A stretch of 64,000 nucleotides of DNA, from sequence record OR896837.1; one strand, 5' to 3'. Shown piece after piece: positions 58,137 through 64,000 of the stretch; within the stretch, counting starts at the first letter, position 1, and each line of letters begins with the position of its first letter. This stretch comes from Escherichia phage vB_Eco_mar004NP2. The notes beneath the pieces are model-generated. The model ran no database searches. It worked only from the letters and a program-made list of their open reading frames with translations, and had not been told where the DNA came from. The position numbers and the translations under genes were made by a program.

Positions 58137-59011
58137 TGAGTAAATCCTGGGGAAAATTTATTGAAGAAGAGGAAGCTGAAATGGCTTCCCGTCGTAACCT
58201 AATGATTGTTGATGGAACTAACTTAGGCTTCCGCTTCAAACATAACAATAGTAAAAAACCATTTGCCTCAAGTTATGTTTCCACTATTCAGTCTCTAGCA
58301 AAATCTTATTCTGCTAGAACTACAATAGTTTTAGGGGATAAAGGAAAGTCTGCATTCCGCCTAGAGCATCTTCCAGAGTATAAAGGGAATCGAGATGAGA
58401 AATACTCTCAGCGTACGGAAGAGGAAAAAGCGTTAGATGAGCAGTTTTTCGAGTATTTGAAAGATGCTTTCGAACTATGTGAAACTACATTCCCAACCTT
58501 CACTATTCGTGGTGTAGAAGCAGATGATATGGCAGCTTATATTGTTAAGCTGATTGGGCATCTATATGATCATGTTTGGCTAATTTCTACCGATGGTGAC
58601 TGGGATACTTTATTAACTGATAAAGTTTCTCGCTTCTCTTTTACAACACGTCGTGAATATCATCTTCGTGATATGTATGAGCACCATAATGTTGACGATG
58701 TAGAGCAGTTTATCTCTCTGAAAGCAATTATGGGTGATTTAGGGGATAATATCCGTGGTGTTGAAGGTATTGGGGCAAAACGCGGGTATAATATTATTCG
58801 TGAATTTGGTAACGTTCTGGATATTATTGATCAGCTTCCACTACCTGGAAAACAGAAATATATACAGAATTTAAATGCTTCGGAAGAATTGCTTTATCGA
58901 AACCTAATTTTAGTTGATTTACCTACCTACTGTGTGGACGCTATTGCTGCTGTAGGTCAAGATGTATTAGATAAGTTTACAAAAGATATTTTGGAGATTG
59001 CAGAACAATGA
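58136..59011 (+). CDS. 5'-3' exonuclease / flap endonuclease
   Basis: FEN signatures MIVDGTNLGFR, EADD, STDGD, GD.GDN.RGVEGIG. Confidence 0.85.
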   Translation: MSKSWGKFIEEEEAEMASRRNLMIVDGTNLGFRFKHNNSKKPFASSYVSTIQSLAKSYSARTTIVLGDKGKSAFRLEHLPEYKGNRDEKYSQRTEEEKALDEQFFEYLKDAFELCETTFPTFTIRGVEADDMAAYIVKLIGHLYDHVWLISTDGDWDTLLTDKVSRFSFTTRREYHLRDMYEHHNVDDVEQFISLKAIMGDLGDNIRGVEGIGAKRGYNIIREFGNVLDIIDQLPLPGKQKYIQNLNASEELLYRNLILVDLPTYCVDAIAAVGQDVLDKFTKDILEIAEQ

Positions 59012-59454
59012 TTAAAATTAAATTAACTCATCCAGATTGTATGCCTAAGATTGGTTCCGAAGATGCCGCAGGTATGGATCTGCGAGCATTCTTTGGTACA
59101 AACCCTGCTGCAGATTTACGTGCTATTGCGCCAGGCAAATCCCTAATGATTGACACCGGTGTCGCGGTAGAAATTCCGCGAGGTTGGTTCGGTTTGGTGG
59201 TTCCTCGTAGCTCTTTAGGTAAGCGCTATTTGATGATTGCAAACACCGCAGGGGTGATCGACTCAGACTATCGTGGTACTATTAAGATGAACCTCTATAA
59301 TTACGGTTCTGAAATGCAAACTCTGGAGAATTTCGAGAGACTTTGTCAGCTAGTGGTATTGCCACATTACTCAACTCATAATTTTGAAATCGTTGATGAG
59401 TTAGAAGAGACTGTACGTGGAGAAGGAGGATTTGGAAGTTCAGGAAGTAAGTAA
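59008..59454 (+). CDS. dut: dUTPase
   Basis: Motifs AGMDLRA, GVIDSDYRG, GGFGSSG. Confidence 0.9.
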   Translation: MIKIKLTHPDCMPKIGSEDAAGMDLRAFFGTNPAADLRAIAPGKSLMIDTGVAVEIPRGWFGLVVPRSSLGKRYLMIANTAGVIDSDYRGTIKMNLYNYGSEMQTLENFERLCQLVVLPHYSTHNFEIVDELEETVRGEGGFGSSGSK

Positions 59455-59478
59455 TCTACATATAAAATAAATAATAAA

Positions 59479-59513
59479 CCCCAGTGGATTTTGTCCACTG
59501 GGATTTTCTTTTA
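59479..59513. terminator. bidirectional rho-independent terminator between early and late genes
   Basis: CCCAGTGGA-TTTTG-TCCACTGGG hairpin flanked by A-rich and T-rich runs. Confidence 0.65.
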
Positions 59514-61283
59514 TTGTGATACTAATTGTACCTTTAATTGCTCAAGCTCTTTCTCTAGATCTTCAATCCGTTTAATAAGATCTTGCACAACATGCATAGT
59601 GTCAAGAAGCATTGGAGTTGTATCTAATTCCTTTTGCTCCTGCTCTATTCCGTCATCATTATAAAATTTTCTAGTTTTTACATAAAGTGGTTCTATAGTC
59701 TCTACTTGCTGAGCAATAACCCCACGTCGGACACGAGATTTTTCATCGTTATTATATACAAAGGATTGGAATTCTAATCCTTTTAATACCTCGATGGACT
59801 TAGTTGCGTCTATAGCCTTAATATCATGCTTTAAGCGAGAATCAGATACAGCATTTAATTGCAAAGTATAGGTTGCTGAAGCACCTGGCCACCAAGAATA
59901 AAAATAAATACTATTATTATTCGGCTGAATTTTTAAACGCACACCAAATTTATTATCATCATCTCCCGCTACCTGCCAACAAGAATCTGCAAATGAGCCT
60001 AAGTCATTATGAATTAATCCAAAATGTGCAGATGTCTTATACCCTGCGGAAGAAGACTGGGAACCGCTCAATATACTATTAAAGTTAAATGTACTACCTA
60101 TATTGACCTCGTTCTGAGAAAGAGTACCTTGTACCCAGCCAGTCTGAGACCACGCCATGCCAGTAACTAATCTAGCTTTAAAACGATCCGTTACAAAATC
60201 CCCATTTATCTACAAGCTGGGCGGAATTCGATTTACCGGTAGATTTATTGTCTATTAGTAGTTCAGTAGAGTAGGTGCCACCAATAGTAGCTTTAGCTCG
60301 TAGTGTACTTACAGCCTCACTACTAGTACCTACTTTATACTCAGATAGTACACTCCCGCCATAAACAGTAGTACCAGTATTAGGTTTGACAGCATCACCA
60401 CTAATAACACTCCACGAAGTCTTTGCAGCCACGAACCCACCAGAAGCACGGATTACCCAGACACCTATAAAGCTGTTTGGAATAATAGTACCTTTTATTC
60501 CATAACGCCCATAAACAGGGTCCGCTAAGTTTGCATCAAAACTAAATCCGTATTGGTTATCAGGATTAACTACGGCGAATGATTTAGATGCACCTCCAGG
60601 AGCGGCACCTAAGCCGTTTTCACCACCAATCGCCCCAATAAGACCAAATCTAGATGAATATCTATTAAGCGCTTCTTCATATGCACCAGCAATAGCGCCA
60701 GGAAAACTACCAGTAATATTGGGTGCTGCAGCTTCTGATATTGAACCAGCTTGACCAGCATCCCCCCCCCCCCCACCGTCACCACGAGCGAATAACCCTT
60801 TGATTGAATTTAGTTGCACACCATTACGATCTGGGACGCGGAAAGTAGTGGTACCATCTCCCGTAGAATATTTCCCACGTTGTCCTACATCTGCTAACCA
60901 AACTGAATCATCTATAGCTCCAACCATTTGTGCATACGCCCAAAGTTCAGGCCAGTCAGCCCTGTTAAGAAGCTGCCCATCAGAAACTACCTCATAAGGT
61001 TGAATATACGCACGGCTATCTCGAAGATGAAAATCCCCACCCCGTAGTTCATAACACCATTCATTGTGGGTCCTACTGTGCCAGTATTAAGTTTGTTCTC
61101 CACCCAACGCTTAGTTGCGGCATCATAGTCACTAACAGGATCTCCAGCAAGAGGGGTAGATCCAATAGGACGCACATTTAGCCATGCTGCACGGTCTGCT
61201 AAGTCACTCAGGTTATTATTTTTATTAAGTGACTCATTTTTAAGTTTTGTAATATCCGTAGGAATTACTGTTTTAGTTACCAT
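59511..61283 (-). pseudogene. tail fiber protein with C-terminal intramolecular chaperone/autoprotease domain, split into three ORFs by two frame breaks
   Basis: N-terminus MVTKTVIP...PLAGDPVSDYDAATKRWV; open frame continues in another phase (HNEWCYELRGGDF...); C-terminal ORF carries the SDSRLK autocleavage-type motif. Confidence 0.55.
60762..60774. repeat. 13-nt C/G homopolymer inside the tail fiber coding sequence
   Basis: Read directly; encodes the Gly run GDGGGGGD on the minus strand. Confidence 0.9.
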
Positions 61284-61292
61284 TATAAAACC

Positions 61293-61571
61293 TTATGCCC
61301 ATACTCTAAGAGGCTGTTCTAGCTGAACTATAAAAGGCTCGAAGGATTCGTAAGTAAAGGATTCATCAAGAATCCTTACATTAATATAATACCCTTCATT
61401 ACGGATGCATCTAGGTTCCTCATCACCTAGCGGAGAGATTTCAGTATAAGTATATCCAATTTCGTCAAGCATTATTTGGTTTTGCAAATTTTCATTAGTA
61501 TCCCACTCTATTTTTAAGAGAAAATCTTTATATGCTGATTTATCCGTGAATTTTAGGATTATATCTCTCAT
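61293..61571 (-). CDS. hypothetical small protein between the two fiber genes
   Basis: ATGA overlap with upstream fiber gene stop. Confidence 0.4.
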   Translation of the reverse strand: MRDIILKFTDKSAYKDFLLKIEWDTNENLQNQIMLDEIGYTYTEISPLGDEEPRCIRNEGYYINVRILDESFTYESFEPFIVQLEQPLRVWA

Positions 61572-63625
61572 ACATACTCCTTCATTTGTCTATCAGTTAG
61601 TTCCTTATGCCAGATTCTAAAGTTTCTAACGTGCCCGAAAAGATGACGTTCGCCCCTAGTTGTTTGTCCTCCAATCCTTATAGTAGCCGTTGATTGTATG
61701 TATCTCCATTCCGTTTTTGTTTCGCTTGATATTCTGGCATTACTTACACAGCAAGTATTGTAATCACTCTTTACTCTCATTCCCATGATCATCTTTTTTA
61801 GTTTTGCATTCTCGTAAACCCTTCTGTTTGATTTACCTATATCGCAATAAGGGAAACCATCATTATCGCCTTCGGCAGATCCGAAAGCAAGAATAATAGC
61901 CGCTTCGGTTTGATGACCTCTGGTATCAAAAACACGTGGCGCTGCACTTGGCGTTATACTCCAGTTTTTATGAGCTTCCACAAGTACTGTAAACGGCAAA
62001 TTGTAAAGGTTGTTTTTTATTGGTAATGTGACCATATCGCTTGCCCGTGTTACTGGAGTCTCTTCTGTAATAATAAACGATGAAGCGCACGCCCCGCCTT
62101 CAACTTGAGGGGTAGCTACCTGTAAGTACTCTCCACCAGAATAAGTGCCAGGTGAAACAGGTGGAGCAATTTGGATCTGAGAGCTAACCATATTATCAAT
62201 AGCTTCAGATTGATATGTAACCTCGAAATAAATCCATCCATTAGATTCTTTCTCCGCTCGGGCGGTTATTCTTGCAGCCCCTACTTCCGTTTTTCTAATG
62301 GACATATCTGTTATATTAAGATATGCATCTGCTAGATAAAAATATGCGGATCCGTCATATCTTTCAAATCTTATACGACATTGTATATTAGCACTATCGC
62401 TTTTTACACGACATGATGTTGTAACATACTTTTCAGTTCCGGTAACATCGACACCTCTTCCTCCTGAAATCGCAGCGATATTCATTGCCGTATTTGTCCC
62501 AATTTTTTCGTCCTTTATTTGAAACCGCCCATAAGTAAATCCAAACTCATCAACACCACTTTCTGTTATAGTTACACTTGTTGTAGCTTCCCACTTAGAT
62601 GGCGTAAGTGAGTTAAGATGATAGTTAGTTCTTTGCCCCTCAATGAGCAAACCATCCTTTTCAAATCTAGGTTCATTAATCCCCGCAACAGTTAATACAC
62701 CTGATTTATTAATATATGTCGCAGTTGATGCACGTGTAAAGCTAACAATCTTGTCACTGGGCAGTGTTATTTCCTCATCACCGACTGTTATTTTTTTTTT
62801 ATAGTCTGGCGCAAAGCCGGTGATCATATCTAGAGAATCGTTAAACGGTATCCATACATCTGGAAGAGGTTGAATGTCGGGGGTAGAATTAGCAGCAGCT
62901 TCTGATCTATCAGCCTCAGTTTTTGAACGATCGGCTTCAGTTTTAGCAGTATTAGCACTATTAGCAGCATTAGTAGCTTGTTTTCCTGCTTCAGTAGCAG
63001 AATTAGCAGCACTAGTTGCAGAATTAGCAGCTTGGTTTTTTAGCGTGGTAGTTTCTGTTATCGCGCTATTCTTAATGCCTTGTGTGTCTGTTTTTAACTG
63101 CGCAACATCTGCCTTTATAGCTGTTGTCTCTGTTACAGCACTGTTTTTAATGGCCTGAGTATCTGATTTTAGCTGCTCAACATCTGATTTTAAGCCTTGA
63201 ATAGTAGTTACTGACTGACTAGCTGAAGTTGCGGAACTAGCTGCGTTATTCTCACTAGCTTTGGCTTTAGTCTCACTAGCTTTGGCTTTAGTCTCACTAG
63301 CTTTTGCATTAGTCTCGGATACTTTAGCAGCGGATGCAGATGTTGCAGCTTGTCTAGCGAATGTTTCTGCTTCATCCCTAAAACCTTTAGAATTGGCAGC
63401 AGACGCAGCAGCATTAGTCTCACTAATTTTAGCGTTAGTTTCGCTAATTTTTGCAGCCGCAGCAGATTTAGCAGCAGCCTCTATAGAAGATACTAACTCA
63501 TTAGCAGTAATAGAGCTAATAGAATTTCCAAGAGTTACTGTGTATCTAGGAAATTTACTAGCAGTAGCTTTAGTATCATCAATATTTAATATTTGTTGTA
63601 CAATAATCTTAGTAGTTATTGCCAT
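61568..63625 (-). CDS. L-shaped/side tail fiber protein (685 aa)
   Basis: N-terminus [18 protein letters not shown]..., repetitive SETNAKASETKAKASE coiled-coil repeats typical of side tail fibers. Confidence 0.7.
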   Translation of the reverse strand: MAITTKIIVQQILNIDDTKATASKFPRYTVTLGNSISSITANELVSSIEAAAKSAAAAKISETNAKISETNAAASAANSKGFRDEAETFARQAATSASAAKVSETNAKASETKAKASETKAKASENNAASSATSASQSVTTIQGLKSDVEQLKSDTQAIKNSAVTETTAIKADVAQLKTDTQGIKNSAITETTTLKNQAANSATSAANSATEAGKQATNAANSANTAKTEADRSKTEADRSEAAANSTPDIQPLPDVWIPFNDSLDMITGFAPDYKKKITVGDEEITLPSDKIVSFTRASTATYINKSGVLTVAGINEPRFEKDGLLIEGQRTNYHLNSLTPSKWEATTSVTITESGVDEFGFTYGRFQIKDEKIGTNTAMNIAAISGGRGVDVTGTEKYVTTSCRVKSDSANIQCRIRFERYDGSAYFYLADAYLNITDMSIRKTEVGAARITARAEKESNGWIYFEVTYQSEAIDNMVSSQIQIAPPVSPGTYSGGEYLQVATPQVEGGACASSFIITEETPVTRASDMVTLPIKNNLYNLPFTVLVEAHKNWSITPSAAPRVFDTRGHQTEAAIILAFGSAEGDNDGFPYCDIGKSNRRVYENAKLKKMIMGMRVKSDYNTCCVSNARISSETKTEWRYIQSTATIRIGGQTTRGERHLFGHVRNFRIWHKELTDRQMKEYV
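62791..62800. repeat. 10-nt T/A homopolymer inside the tail fiber coding sequence
   Basis: Read directly; encodes KKK on the minus strand. Confidence 0.9.
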
Positions 63626-63987
63626 TATCTAGTTACCCCATCACTGATAAATACTTTACCCTCCATTATACGAAAAGAGCTAATAGCTGATCCTATGACA
63701 TCTCGTGTCATAATTATATCATAGTATCCTGCAAAACGTTGGCGAGGGTTATACTTATCTCTCTCTTTGGTAGCTTTTTCACCAATATTATCTACCGCCT
63801 CTACAGGTAAACTTATAGCTATAGCACCTTGAGCAGCATCAATAATTTTAGTAGTAAAAGATGCCAAAGTTTCCGCGTTCTCATCAAGCCCCGCCTTTAT
63901 AGTACCCCTTAGGGAATACCCTGTTAAGTTAACAGGGGTATTTGTAGGTGGATAAGTACTATCATCAACATCTAAGAATTGCATCAT
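63625..63987 (-). CDS. hypothetical late (virion-associated?) protein, possibly truncated by window end
   Basis: ORF directly upstream of the fiber gene; its 5' end lies within 13 bp of the window edge. Confidence 0.35.
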   Translation of the reverse strand: MMQFLDVDDSTYPPTNTPVNLTGYSLRGTIKAGLDENAETLASFTTKIIDAAQGAIAISLPVEAVDNIGEKATKERDKYNPRQRFAGYYDIIMTRDVIGSAISSFRIMEGKVFISDGVTR

Positions 63988-64000
63988 TAGACCATAAGGT

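Noticed and set aside
1-64000. CRISPR array, integrase, transposase or other mobile-element signatures
   Set aside because: No regularly spaced direct repeats and no recombinase-like ORFs found; the only repeats are short tandem units and homopolymers

Overview
This window reads as a T5-like siphophage (Tequintavirus-type) genome segment: dense phage genes, no rRNA, no CRISPR array, no integrase or transposase. Positions 1-32.4 kb are transcribed leftward: many small hypothetical and membrane proteins, two phosphatases, a thioredoxin-like protein, an endolysin/holin pair, a ClpP-like peptidase, dNMP kinase, a spanin pair, a tRNA cluster with other structured RNA candidates, an SPFH protein, RNase H, thymidylate synthase, DHFR, NrdB, NrdA and PhoH. 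A divergent promoter region at 32.4-32.8 kb precedes a rightward replication module: NrdD, a Sir2-like protein, a HAD phosphatase, an origin-binding-type P-loop protein, split NAD-dependent ligase, helicase, primase, family-A DNA polymerase, SF2 helicase, SbcCD-like nuclease, flap endonuclease and dUTPase, driven by repeated sigma70-consensus promoters. After a bidirectional terminator at about 59.5 kb, leftward late genes begin with the L-shaped tail fiber locus. I found no clearly novel multi-gene system. The main things worth checking are four reading-frame breaks that all fall in short homopolymer-containing windows (ClpP-like, SPFH, tail fiber twice), long homopolymers inside the fiber genes, a 120-nt tRNA-like RNA, and a 0.6-kb non-coding region upstream of the replication initiator gene. 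All calls are from manual reading of the sequence and ORF track; no searches were run, and tRNA folds were done by hand.
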